Numbered from the whole stretch's first letter, positions 9,301-21,407 are shown. The stretch: 63,997 nucleotides of DNA, filler included, from Saprolegnia diclina VS20 (GCF_000281045.1; 20 parts of 20 records of this genome joined end to end with filler, not necessarily neighbours in it); one strand, 5' to 3'. Made by a program: numbers and translations. The notes: a model not told the origin generated them from the letters alone.

Positions 9301-10800
9301 AAACTCGCCCGTCGGCGTGCCGTAACTCGCAAACGGAATCGAACCAATGTACTCGCCTTGCGGACACTGGATCGTCGCCGACGCCCCATCCAGCGCCGAG
9401 CTGCCGACGAGGTCGGCGTCCACGCACTCGGCAATCACAGAGAGCCGCTTGGCGACACCTGGGCACGCGTCGGTAAAGACGCTAGGTTGGTATCGATCAT
9501 GAGTCCACCGCACATTATGGCAATGCGATGCAAGTACCCGCTGTTGGCGTCGAGCGTGCACGCGTTGTGACCGATGCAGATGGCGGCAGCTTGCGTGGCG
9601 CTGTCCGGCGCGTCGCACCACGTCGAGACAAAGTTGGGGTACGTTCCGGCCGGCGTGCCGTACGAAGCGTACTCGATCGACACGATGTTTTGGTTGGCCG
9701 GACACGCCAGCGCGAGCGAAGCGCCTTCGGCCACCGAGCCGCCGATCCAATTGGCGTCCGAGCACTGCGCCTGGACGTTGAGGTTCTTGGCCGTGTCGGG
9801 GCACGGGTCGCCAAACACGCTATTCGCATCGTATGAGCACACGAACTAAAAGACGAGATATGCGAACCTGGTGCTGGCCTCGACGCTGCAGTAGCTCTTC
9901 CCGATGCACGCCGCCGCGACAACGGTCTCGGACGACGGCGCATCACACCAGCTCGACGACTCGTAGTTGGTCGGCGTGCCGTACGAGGCAAAGCCGATGT
10001 TGCTGATGGTCTCGCCTTGCGGACACGAGAGCACGACAGCGTTGCCGTCGGTGGCCGTGGCTTGGATGATGCCGGGGGCGAGGCCGGCCGAGCACTCGGC
10101 TTGGACGCTGAGCGACTTGAACGTTCCCGGGCACGGGTCGCCAAACACACTAGAGAGATACGTCAGTGCGCCGCCTCACGCACCAAGCAAACGTACTCGT
10201 CCGAAGCGGTCACGTGGCACGACGGCTGGCCGACGCACGACTCGGTGACGACTTCGAGAGACGTCACCGCCTCGCACGCGCCTTGGACGTAGTTGTTGGG
10301 CGTGCCGTACGAGGCAAAGATGATAGACGTGATGCTCGAGCCGGCGGGACACGCCAGTTCGAGCTCCGACCCTTCTTGCACTGTGTCATGGACCGTGTTG
10401 GCGCCGACGCAGTTGACCTGGACGCTCAGATACTTCTCTTCGGCCGGGCACGGGTCGCCGAATACACTAGAATCATCGGATATGAGTTTGCACTTTGGAT
10501 CCAGACCGTTCGTACCCCGTGTACGCATCGAGGTCGCACGAGTTCTGGCCCGTACAAAGAGTGGCGACCGTGGCCGCCGACGTGGGTTCGTTGCAGGCGC
10601 CGGGGGAAAAGTCAAGGAACTCGCCCGTCGGCGTACCAAACGAAGCAAACACAATGTCGCCGATGATGCGATCGGTGGGGCACGTGAGCCGGAGCATCGA
10701 GCCTTCCGAGACACTGCCGCCAATGACGTTCTCGTTGACGCACTGGACAGCGACAGCGAGCTCCTTGGTCGTCCCAAAGCACGGATCACCAAAGATGCTA
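6301..10800 (-). CDS. Multi-domain SUEL-type (Gal_Lectin, galactose/rhamnose-binding) lectin with Ser/Thr/Pro-rich stalk; both ends truncated; >=6 introns
   Basis: At least 10 repeats of LxCP..I..FASYG.P...C......C.G.nsCsv....VFGDPC.G..K.L.V.A.C; repeated GT-AG introns; C-terminal (TSSSSGSGSTTPSPT)n. Confidence 0.9.
7527..7772 (+). mobile_element. Tc1/mariner-like transposase N-terminal remnant inside the lectin intron
   Basis: MGKGTTFTKARQDQILTFHRAAACPRRISKEIESLASAVARF resembles the Tc1/Tc3 N-terminal HTH; lies in the ~1.07 kb intron 6898-7964. Confidence 0.55.
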
Positions 10801-11000
10801 CACTCANNNNNNNNNNNNNNNNNNNNNNNNNNNNNNNNNNNNNNNNNNNNTTAATTAATTAANNNNNNNNNNNNNNNNNNNNNNNNNNNNNNNNNNNNNN
10901 NNNNNNCGTGGGTCTGCGGTGCGTCCACATCGTACATTGTCACCATCTACTGCTAAGACTCTACTCGACGCCATCGCTGCGATCCTGTGTTGTTTTATAA

Positions 11001-11784
11001 GGGTGCGTTCGGTTCACCACCTACTTTCAAAGTGCGTATCGCAAATCCACACAACTTCGATTGCAAGGTTTTTGGGAGCGCGCTTTTTGTTGCGTGGATT
11101 GCAAAATCGCGTTCGGTTCATCGATGCACGCCGACTTTCGGATTTTTAGGACAAGACATGAATGGACCGCGGCGGCGGACGGCCGGCAACGGTGGATCAT
11201 CGCTGCGATGGTTATGGCTACTACAGGCGAGCGCTTGCGATCGCCATTGACACTGCGCACCATACATGCGATGCTCATTCTCGTGCGCGGACTGACGGCG
11301 GCGCCTGGATGGCGCGACTCGGCGGCCTGCGCTTGGCTTCCATGGGCTCTACTGCGTCAATCTGGAAACTACAAGAGCGCACTCTGCGCATGTAGTTGTA
11401 GCATGGTGGAGAGCTCCTAGCGCACCAGCGTTCCTCAGGCGCCAAGCGCTCCGATGCGCGTCGGGGGAAGCGGCATGGCGCGCAGCGTCCTTGCGTTGGT
11501 TCGTGTTCCACCATCGCACGCAAAAAAGGACATGGTGAAAATAGGATCCAAATCAGGATTTTCTGATCGAGGAAAGGATTTTTCCCAAAGCAATGAAAAG
11601 TGCTCCGAGGTTTGTCTCGGGATCTCGGCCGAGACGAACTTTCAAAGTGCGCACTTTTTCCGCAAAGTGCGCCAAGTTGCGCGGATTTGAACCGAATGCC
11701 CCACGCAACACATTTTTTTCGAAGTTGCGTGGATTGGCTCGAAGTGTGCGAAAAGTGCGCACTTTGGGTGAACCGAACGCACCC
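11001..11784. mobile_element. PIF/Harbinger (Tourist-like) non-autonomous element
   Basis: Perfect 18-bp TIRs GGGTGCGTTCGGTTCACC / GGTGAACCGAACGCACCC with TAA on both flanks. Confidence 0.9.
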
Positions 11785-14224
11785 TAAATCTAATCGAATG
11801 GCTCGACATGTATTGAATGAATATGGAAACCCCAGNNNNNNNNNNNNNNNNNNNNNNNNNNNNNNNNNNNNNNNNNNNNNNNNNNNNNNNNNNNNNNNNN
11901 NNNNNNNNNNNNNNNNNNNNNNNNNNNNNNNNNNNNNNNNNNNNNNNNNNNNNNNNNNNNNNNNNNNNNNNNNNNNNNNNNNNNNNNNNNNNNNNNNNNN
12001 NNNNNNNNNNNNNNNNNNNNNNNNNNNNNNNNNNNNNNNNNNNNNNNNNNNNNNNNNNNNNNNNNNNNNNNNNNNNNNNNNNNNNNNNNNNNNNNNNNNN
12101 NNNNNNNNNNNNNNNNNNNNNNNNNNNNNNNNNNNNNNNNNNNNNNNNNNNNNNNNNNNNNNNNNNNNNNNNNNNNNNNNNNNNNNNNNNNNNNNNNNNN
12201 NNNNNNNNNNNNNNNNNNNNNNNNNNNNNNNNNNNNNNNNNNNNNNNNNNNNNNNNNNNNNNNNNNNNNNNNNNNNNNNNNNNNNNNNNNNNNNNNNNNN
12301 NNNNNNNNNNNNNNNNNNNNNNNNNNNNNNNNNNNNNNNNNNNNNNNNNNNNNNNNNNNNNNNNNNNNNNNNNNNNNNNNNNNNNNNNNNNNNNNNNNNN
12401 NNNNNNNNNNNNNNNNNNNNNNNNNNNNNNNNNNNNNNNNNNNNNNNNNNNNNNNNNNNNNNNNNNNNNNNNNNNNNNNNNNNNNNNNNNNNNNNNNNNN
12501 NNNNNNNNNNNNNNNNNNNNNNNNNNNNNNNNNNNNNNNNNNNNNNNNNNNNNNNNNNNNNNNNNNNNNNNNNNNNNNNNNNNNNNNNNNNNNNNNNNNN
12601 NNNNNNNNNNNNNNNNNNNNNNNNNNNNNNNNNNNNNNNNNNNNNNNNNNNNNNNNNNNNNNNNNNNNNNNNNNNNNNNNNNNNNNNNNNNNNNNNNNNN
12701 NNNNNNNTATGGAAACCCCAGCTACTTTGTCAATCAGCATTGTCCAGGACTTGGCCTCCACTAGAAACGAGACCTAAAACAGTGCCGCCCCTTGATGCCA
12801 ATTATGTGGCTCTTGATTAGCACTACCGGTACTAACGTTGCCGGCAATAGCACAAGCAACCGAGTCATAGAAGGAGCGATGTGTTTTGGGGCGACACGTT
12901 TCTCACTGCAGGTGCGGCAAGGGCACAGCGAGAGATGAAGAGTATCCTCTTCGTGCTCGTACGCAGTTACACCAAGACTACATTTCTAGCATGCTCCAGC
13001 ATGCATTACCAGAGAAAGCGACAAATATCGTGGAGATATTACTGACTCCAGTAACAAAGCAGCTGCAACTACAACAAGCCAATGCGTATGCTGGCACGGA
13101 TGCTGGCATGCCTCCAGGAGCTCCTCCAGGCCGCCTAACAAATGGGACCTGGCACAGACCAAGCCATGAGTTGCCACGCGATTTTACTTGAATCACCAGC
13201 GTACCGGTATTGTCGAAGACAACGGACCATTCGTGATTCGGCATTCGACGTTTCCTTTCGTAGCCCAATGCAGGTTCGAACGGCAAATCGAACCTACCTG
13301 CCACACGGACAAAATGTATATACACTGCCAATGCAGAAAGTTCTCTCGCTACACCACCGGTACTATATCAAGAAGATGTCGCGCGCGAGTCCATTCATCT
13401 CCCGCTAGTATCCGTGCCATCTCGTGCCATCCAAATCCCTTCGATCGCCACCGCTGGCTCTTCCGTGGTCGCACGTCAGTGTGGATTCTAAAAAACCAGA
13501 TGTGTTGGCTTCGAACTTCGAGTGCCAGCAGTAAAGGCACCGACATTGACAAATCCAGCGCGGTCGTGTTCGTTGGGTTGCTGGAGGGCGGCGGCATGCT
13601 AGGCCACACGCGTCAAATGACGAGTAGCACATTGCGAGCCCTAAAATATCCCGACAGAACTGAGCTGGTCGTCCATAAGAGGACGCATTGAAGAATGGTC
13701 GCATTACTAGTACCAACCCACCGAATGTGCAGCGCCGGACGTCTCTGCAGCTCACTCGGCAACTCTGGACTTCTCGACAAATCCAAGATCGCTTGGTGTA
13801 TGTGCGACTGTTCGTACCTGCCAGAAAAGCTGCTGGACGACGAGCGGCGAAGAAGGGGAACGAACCTTGTCGTTCGAAATGCTTTCTTGACTCCTCGTCC
13901 AGGCAGGACGCGTGTGCGAACTTCGACGAAGGGCCACTTTTGAGAAATCAACTATCCACTATTGTCGGTAATGGGATATCGCAGAGTTTGTATCGCTCTG
14001 GAATTATCCCATGCCTTGGTTGGGACAAATACCCCAGGGGACCCAATTTTTCGTGATAAACCTTAGTTTTGTATGATATATCAGGTAGGGCCCCCAAATC
14101 GAAATGGTGAGAAACGGGTGTAAAAGGACCTGCCACCTCCAGCTGGTGAACACAGCATGTGGAGTAACTCGATGCCCACGCTTCGTCGCTTATCCCTCAC
14201 TCTTCGACATCTACTCTCCTCATC

Positions 14225-15138
14225 ATGCCCGTCCAAGACAGCATCATGACCATCTCGCCTGGCAACACGGCGGCAGCCAACGGCGGCGACGTCGTCGCGT
14301 GGCGCGAGACGTTCGGTCACCCCGCCGACCTCAAGGACGATGATGAGTACGAGGAGAACTTCCAGCGCAAACGCCGCAATCGTATCATTGGCATCTCGGC
14401 CGCCGCCTTGCTCGTCGTCGGCGTGGCTGTCGCCGTTATTTGCACGCAATCTGGTGGCACCGATGCAAGCGTGAGCTCTGGCAACAATGTACCGGGAGGT
14501 AAGTCTCCGACGCCTGTGCCGTCGTCGTCCAGCGGTGCGCCTTCGTCCGGCGAGGTGTCGGTTGGCAACACTGGAGTTGGCGATGCCACGGTTCCTGTCG
14601 CTACGACGTTCACCCCCATCTCGATCGTCGATGGCAACTCGACTACTGCTACCAACACCACAGAAACCGTGACGACGGAGCCCACCACCGTAACGCCAGA
14701 GCCCACAACTGCGCAGCCGACGACCGAAGCGGCTTCGCACCTCGAAGAGGCCACCTTGGCCCCGACGCCCGCTCCCACGCCGGCCCCGACGCCGGCCCCG
14801 ACGCCCGCTCCTACGCCCGCTCCGACGCCCGCTCCGACGCCAGCTCCGACACCTGCTCCTACGCCGGCCCCGACGCCTGCGCCGACCCCGGCACCCACGC
14901 CTGCACCAACGCCCGCCCCAACCCAAGCGCCCTCGCCACCCAGCCCCGCTGCAATCGGGTCGGGTGTTTACCGCATCAAGAACGGCTGCGACAAGCCGCT
15001 CGACCTGTGGTGGCGCACGCAGCCGTATGCCGACCACAACACGCAGCTCGCCGGCGGCGGCACCAAAGACTTTGGTGTTGGTGACTTTGGCGCTGGCAAC
15101 GTCATGTTCAAGAGCGGCGCTGGCCAGGACGCGACGCT
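14225..15138 (+). CDS. Type II membrane-anchored mucin-like protein, possibly followed by a thaumatin-like domain (3' truncated)
   Basis: RKRR then hydrophobic IIGISAAALLVVGVAVAVIC; Thr-rich region; (PTPA)n; YRIKNGCDKPLDLW recalls a thaumatin N-terminus (domain call tentative). Confidence 0.7.
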
Positions 15139-15238
15139 NNNNNNNNNNNNNNNNNNNNNNNNNNNNNNNNNNNNNNNNNNNNTTAATTAATTAANNNNNN
15201 NNNNNNNNNNNNNNNNNNNNNNNNNNNNNNNNNNNNNN

Positions 15239-15588
15239 CGCTCGCGGGCAACCCGTGGGCGCAGTGGAAGGTTTACAACACAGGCAACGGCAAGCTCGCG
15301 TTCCAGGCGGACTCTGGCAACTACTTGGCCCGCTGCAACAACTGTGCAACCGGTGCCGCGTACCCGGACGAAGGCTTTGTGCACGCCAAGAACTGGCGCG
15401 ACGGTGCGTGGGCCCAGTTTACATGCGTCGACCTCGGCAACGGCAAGATCGGTCTCCAGGCCGACACGGGCAACTTTGTCTCGCGCTGCAACAACTGCGT
15501 CCGCGGCGCGTACCCCGACGCGGTCACGATGCATGTCAGCAACCCCAAGCTCGGCGCGTGGTCGCAGTGGACGGTCGTCAAGCAGTAA
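15239..15588 (+). CDS. C-terminal part of a fascin-like beta-trefoil repeat protein
   Basis: Repeats WAQWKVYNTGNGKLAFQADSGNYLARCNNC / WAQFTCVDLGNGKIGLQADTGNFVSRCNNC; stop at 15586-15588. Confidence 0.75.
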
Positions 15589-16094
15589 GCAAGGCCACCA
15601 TTCGATCTTCGTCCCGCGGCCGTCGCGTGCCTGTGTCCATGGTGCAGCTGTCTAACCTCGTGAATCAACGTTCTATTCTTTGTGCTAACAAGCTGACCAA
15701 GTGTTGATGTAGTGACTAATGTACTAGAGGAGTGAACGAATGTATGGAACAGAGTCTCCTGGGTCAAGCGATGAAATTTGTGCCCTCATGACGCGGAGAG
15801 CACTGATTGGCCAAAGACGATCCTCGTTCTTGACGCAGCGGGTGCCACGTATGGCCATCGTCGGTTTTGTAACGGCATCCGGCCTCTCTATTCTTACACA
15901 CCTCGGCGCTGGCACGCAGTTGAAATAGCCACCCAAATACGAGCGACAGAGACGCATGGAGTCGCCGCCACGGTTTGTGAGCCCGCCCCATATTAGCCGC
16001 GTCATGAGCACGCATCGGCAGTCGTGCTTTGTGCCCAATATACTCTGTACTAGTACTGGTATAGCGGCACCAAACAGTGTATTCAACGTCATGC

Positions 16095-17346
16095 CTACAG
16101 ACGCTGGTAGGTCCGGCGCCGACGTCCTTGGAGCGTCAGAAAGGCCAGCAGCACACATACTCCGAGCGCAGCGAAAAGCCCCGGCGTCTTCGTCCACGGC
16201 GTCGCATCCAGTCGCTGCGTGACGAGATCGAGGCGAGTCTCGTGGCGGTGCTGCCGGTCGTTGTTCCACGCGATCGCGCTCGTGTCTTCGACAACGTACT
16301 TTGCCGCCTTGGTCGCGTTGAAGGGGCGGATGCCGTAGAGCGACCCGCCAAACGCCGGGCTCTCATCCCAGACGAGCGCTTCGTCGCTGACGTCCGGTAC
16401 CATAAAGTGGCAGTCCGACTCGATGGCGAGGTTGTTGATACCCCGGACGATGCGAAAGAATCCATTCTCGCCCCAGTACGTGCCCCACGAGTTGCGCGCA
16501 CGCCAAAACTTGACGCCGGCTTCGTCCTCGCCCCACCCGACAATCTCAACGTCGTGGTCAATGTGCGTGAAGTTGGTCGTATCGTGCAGGATCCCGGCCG
16601 TGTAGTCGTTGATGAACGGCGGGCTGCACGCAATCCCGCACGTAATCGGACCGTTGAGGAGCTCGTGCATCATGGCATGCTCGCCGGCAATGCGCGCATA
16701 CTCCTTCGCCCGATACCGGACCATCTTGGTCACGGGAAAGCAGTGGGGCACATTGAGGCTGTCGGGCGTCTTCATGCAGCTAGAACGATAGCGTCAGAGG
16801 AAATGAGGTAAGCTGGTAAGTGTACTTGACGCAGTAGCCGTCCGGCGGACACGTGCCATTGTACAAGTCAATGTACTTGGTGTAGTCGGTCGCGTTGTAG
16901 TGCAGACACGTCTCGTCCGGAAGGCCATACTTGTGCATAAACTCGTACACGTCCGCGGGCTCGCCGCCCTTGCAGCCGTGGGAGAGGCCGTGGCCCGGCG
17001 CGCAGTTGAGAAAGCTCTGCCGCCCGAGCATCACGTCCGGGCCGTGGAACCCGAGCTTGTGGTTGAGGATCTTGATGCGGTCGTTCGCACTCGAGAGCGC
17101 GCCGTGCGCAAAGCACGACCCGCAGTACTGCGGAATGTGCTGGTTCCAAGACGACGTGCACATACCGCGCTCGCACCAATCGAGCGCCTTTGGTAGCGAC
17201 GCCATCGCCAGCACCTCGGTGGCCGTCGGTGGCGGCAGCGTATGCACGCTCGGATGCAGGTGTTCGCGCTGGCGCATCGTGCGCTGGCAGTACGAGCCAT
17301 AGCCGACGCCAGTCATGGCCATGAGGACCAAGAGAAGACGTTGCAT
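16095..17346 (-). CDS. Papain-family (C1A) cathepsin Z/X-like cysteine protease; intron 16780-16825
   Basis: Signal peptide; NQHIPQYCGSCFAHG (cathepsin X HIP mini-loop, catalytic Cys); DHDVEIVGWG; RNSWGTYWGENGFFRI; splicing restores YCVNCMK; C-terminal hydrophobic segment. Confidence 0.93.
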
Positions 17347-17711
17347 GAGGGCCGAATGCAATCTGTATCGACGACGACGACGTTCTGCCCGCGATCTTTC
17401 TTCCAGCCCAACGGGATCTTTGCGTTGCGATCTTCCGACGCACGGTAATAGTGTACGACCAAGNNNNNNNNNNNNNNNNNNNNNNNNNNNNNNNNNNNNN
17501 NNNNNNNTTAATTAATTAANNNNNNNNNNNNNNNNNNNNNNNNNNNNNNNNNNNNNNNNNNNNCGTTTCCGTCTTCCGTGCCTCGTCGCTCGTTCGTCTG
17601 TGGGGTTGCATTGATTCCGTCAGTCTGTCTGCAGACACACCACGCCTATAAAAATGATTCTACTGCTACTGCATCAGCCGCCAACGACATTTCGTACAGG
17701 AGAGTCTAGAC

Positions 17712-18544
17712 TAGTGATTCGTTTGTTTCGTTCGATGTTTCAAACAAACGTTTCAAACGCGTTTCAAACAAGCCATCTTTTTTCGTTTGTTTCATTCAAG
17801 AGAACTTGACTTTTGTATGAGGACTTCGAATAAAAAAGGAAAAAATAATTCTTCGCTGTTTGGTTCGTAAAGTACTTGCTTTTTGTATGTGAATTAAGCA
17901 ATTCCACTGACTGCCAATAATAATTTTCGATTCCAAAGGCCCGCGATCATGCCCAAGGCGGCGGACCCAGTCGTCATACCACGGACCATTTCTTCGTCGA
18001 CTCACGCACCAAGCCGCATCTACTGTGGGCCATGATGGATGACTCGTGCCTCTCCAACTTAGCACCGCTGCTTGTCCAGGTCCATGCGATGCCAACGGGT
18101 GCGGTCAGTGGCGAGCGCAACCACAAGACGACCAAGCGGGTCGCCTCGCAAAAGTGCTCCCGCATCGGCTTTTGCAATGCCCAGCGTCAAGTCGCCATCG
18201 CCTTTAATGGCAAGCAGCTCGCACGCGTCCACAGCACAAGTAGAGAAAGCAAATATATCGACCATCTTGTGCGTCTCGGGGCGGTGCGTATTGCACCTGC
18301 CACCGAGGTAGAACTAGACCAAGGCCCAGATGATGAAGATGACACAGAGGAGAACTTTCCGTTCGTCGAGGACAGTACAGTGTAGCAGATGTCGAGGAGT
18401 TCCCTTTAGAAGTGGATTGGGCCACTGAAGATTTCTAGAGTGCCACGTAATGAAACAAATTTGCCCGTTTTAAACCCGTTTTAAACTCGTTTTAAACAAT
18501 GAAACAAACGTTTTTATCCTTGAGCCGTTTGAAACGGATCACTA
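17712..18544 (+). mobile_element. hAT-superfamily deletion derivative
   Basis: TIRs TAGTGATTCGTTT / AAACGGATCACTA; 8-bp TSD GTCTAGAC (17704-17711, 18545-18552); internal ORF LAPLLVQVHAMPTGAVSGERNHKT...VAIAFN resembles the hAT C-terminal dimerization domain. Confidence 0.88.
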
Positions 18545-18812
18545 GTCTAGACCCATGGTCAAAACCAGTGCCCGGTTGGCATGTGCTGGTGGTATTACAC
18601 CCCATCAGTTACGTCTCTTGGCGCGTTGCGTCTGATTGGTGGCCACCTCGGTTGGTTCGACCTCAAAGATCCGTTGCGGACCAATCACATCGTCACAATT
18701 CTTAATGCGCCACGGCGATTCGCTGGATTCTAGCCGGTCGTCGCTGGATTCTAGCCAGGACGCTGGAGACTGGAGAGGTTGCAGTGTTCAATTTACCACA
18801 ATTGGCAAAAGC

Positions 18813-20705
18813 ATGTCGGCGAATGCATGGCTCGAGAACGCGGACCTGGTCACCAAGTACCAAGCGCTCAGTGGCCTCAACACCAGCACGATCGGCGTCA
18901 GCGCGACGCCTACCAAGCCGGATGCAGCCATCACCGTGCGCCTCAACAAGGTCAACTTGACCTGGGACGACCTCCCGCCGCTCGCCAAACTCGCCATTCT
19001 CTGGGACATGGGTTTTGTCCCATCCAACCCAACCGTCGACGTGAACGCTCTCAGCCGCATCTACACGCGCTGCGTCGGCTCGGTCGGCGAGTCCATGGCC
19101 AGCATCGCGCTCCCCAAGACCGACTTTTTGGCTTCCCAGAGCGACGCCACCACGCGGCCGTGCAATTCGGCGACTTCGGGCGTCTACCTCCGGCAAGAAA
19201 ACTCGAATGGCGGCCGCCTGCGCCCGTACACGCGGTGCGCAACGGCCAATATCACGATGGGCAACATCAAGGACAGCCACAGCAGCATGTGGGCGCAAGA
19301 CGGCCAGGGCCTCGGCGCAGCGCCGTACCCGAACCTGCAGCGCCACGCGTGGAACGACAAGGAGTTTTGGCTCATCTTCGCCATCCACACGCAAGAGCTG
19401 GTGAGCGAGCCGCAGTGGGGCACATGTCCGGACAAGACGACGCCCGCCGGCGCGACGTTTCCGTGCCAGGTGTTTGACGGCAGCGTGCCGCCGACAGGGT
19501 GGTGTGTGCCCTCCAACTCGCAAGCCATGGACGCATGGCTCAAGACGATTGCGACGCAAAAGGCCAACGCGACGCCTCGTCCGTCGACCAGCGCGCCGAC
19601 CGCCGCATCCACAATGGCGTCGGCGAGCAGCTTCCCAATCGCTGCCATCATTGGCATTGCCATCGGTGGCGGCTTGCTGCTGGGTCTTGGCGTCTGGTGG
19701 TGTCTCTCGCGCCGGCGCAAGCACAGCGAGACCGATGTGCACACTGACTACATCGAAATGGAGTCGCGTGCTCCCCGGTACTCGATGACCAACTCGACGC
19801 AGCCGACGCAGACCCGGACAGGGTCGTACCAGCCGATCACAACCGCCTCGCACACGCTCAACGAATTCCAGCGCGATCAAGAACTCATCAAGAAACGCGT
19901 CCCGTACTCGGCTGTAGTTTACTCGCGTCTCTTATCCAAGGGCGCGTTCGGCGAGGTCTGGCTCGGTTCGTTCAACGGCCAAGTCGTCGCTATCAAGCGC
20001 CTTCTCGACTCCAAGCGGACGTCTGAGGCCGAGATTGAAGGCTTTGCCGACGAGATCCGCCTCATGGCATCCTTCACGCACCCCAACATTGTCCGTCTAA
20101 TCGGGTTTGCCTGGAACTCGCTCCAGAACCTCTGCGCCGTCACCGAGTACATGGCGAATGGCGACCTCTACGGCTATTTGCACTCGCACCAGCAGCTGCA
20201 ATGGCAGCGCGACGAGAAGATCAAGATCGCGCTCGGCATCGCCCACGCTCTCGCGTATCTGCACAGTCTCTCGCCCAAGATCATCCATCGCGACCTCAAG
20301 AGCAAGAACGTACTCATTGGTGACGATGGCGAGGCCGAGTTGAGCGACTTTGGCATCTCACGCAAGCGCACACAAGACGAGACGATGACGGCGGGCGTCG
20401 GCACGATCTTTTGGACGGCGCCCGAGGTGCTGCTCGGCGAACACTACTCAGAGATGGCCGACATTTACTCGTTTGGCGTCGTGCTCTGCGAGATGGACAC
20501 GCACGCGTCGCCGTTGGCCGAGTACAAGGGTCTTCCGCAAGCCACGATGATCCACCGCATCACGAACGAAGGGCTTCGCCCGTCCTTGCTGCCGACGTGT
20601 CCGGAGCACGTGCAGTCGCTCGCCGCGCGGTGCATGGCCCGAGACCCAAAAGACCGGCCGTCGGCGCACGAGGTGGTCGCGATCGTGCAGCGCTGGAGCG
20701 AGTAG
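18813..20705 (+). CDS. Receptor-like TKL protein kinase (Cys-containing ectodomain, TM, kinase)
   Basis: TM IAAIIGIAIGGGLLLGLGVWW; SKGAFGEV, VAIK, HRDLKSKN, DFG, GTIFWTAPE, DIYSFG. Confidence 0.93.
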   Translation: MSANAWLENADLVTKYQALSGLNTSTIGVSATPTKPDAAITVRLNKVNLTWDDLPPLAKLAILWDMGFVPSNPTVDVNALSRIYTRCVGSVGESMASIALPKTDFLASQSDATTRPCNSATSGVYLRQENSNGGRLRPYTRCATANITMGNIKDSHSSMWAQDGQGLGAAPYPNLQRHAWNDKEFWLIFAIHTQELVSEPQWGTCPDKTTPAGATFPCQVFDGSVPPTGWCVPSNSQAMDAWLKTIATQKANATPRPSTSAPTAASTMASASSFPIAAIIGIAIGGGLLLGLGVWWCLSRRRKHSETDVHTDYIEMESRAPRYSMTNSTQPTQTRTGSYQPITTASHTLNEFQRDQELIKKRVPYSAVVYSRLLSKGAFGEVWLGSFNGQVVAIKRLLDSKRTSEAEIEGFADEIRLMASFTHPNIVRLIGFAWNSLQNLCAVTEYMANGDLYGYLHSHQQLQWQRDEKIKIALGIAHALAYLHSLSPKIIHRDLKSKNVLIGDDGEAELSDFGISRKRTQDETMTAGVGTIFWTAPEVLLGEHYSEMADIYSFGVVLCEMDTHASPLAEYKGLPQATMIHRITNEGLRPSLLPTCPEHVQSLAARCMARDPKDRPSAHEVVAIVQRWSE

Positions 20706-21407
20706 TCCGTCAACGTCTGGCGAAGTGATGTCCAAGATGCAATATATTCTACTCGTTTGTGATGCAGCTTGTTTGTGCGCCCGAGAGTTGTGGACATCAA
20801 AGTACTGTGAGGAAGATGGGGAAGGCTGCCTCGTATGGTGGCTGTCGGGGCAACGCAAACACCGTAGCGAGGGAGAGCCATCTCGCAGGAAGCACGGAGT
20901 CGTAGTGATACGCCCAAGGCAGATTCTGCACTAACTCTAGCACAGTAAATCTAGGCTTCATCACAGCCCAGACACAACACGCGCTAAAACAATTTGAGCT
21001 AATAGAGCTGTGCAAGCCGTCAATGTGGCAAGTGTACAAGGACCGGGCGTCCAACAGCCGCTGCAGGTGCGTTCTGAGCCTCGTATTCTCCCCTCTCTGT
21101 CTCCACTTGATCAGCTGCGTCTTGTGTCTGGCAGCATCGTTCGACCACAAGTGGGGTGTACTCAAGCCCAGTCAGTGACCGCCGACTTGTCGAGCACCGT
21201 TGGCTCATGCGGTTGCGCGATGAAGTGCCAATTCGTCGTTGCCAGCGTCGTTCGGTTAATATCCGAATGCAAAACGAGGCATGACGCAGAACAATATACA
21301 GTGGAAAGTGCACTGACAAATGATATAGGTTGTGTGACGTGACCGCGTCATCGGCACCTCTCTACCTCTCTACTTACTACAGAGTCGATATACATCCGTT
21401 CCTACAT

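Noticed and set aside
11600..12820. Long ORFs of 315-406 aa
   Set aside because: Composed almost entirely of N-derived X residues.
12709..14136. Possible decayed gene or transposon
   Set aside because: Many short ORFs, none with an identifiable motif or terminal structure.
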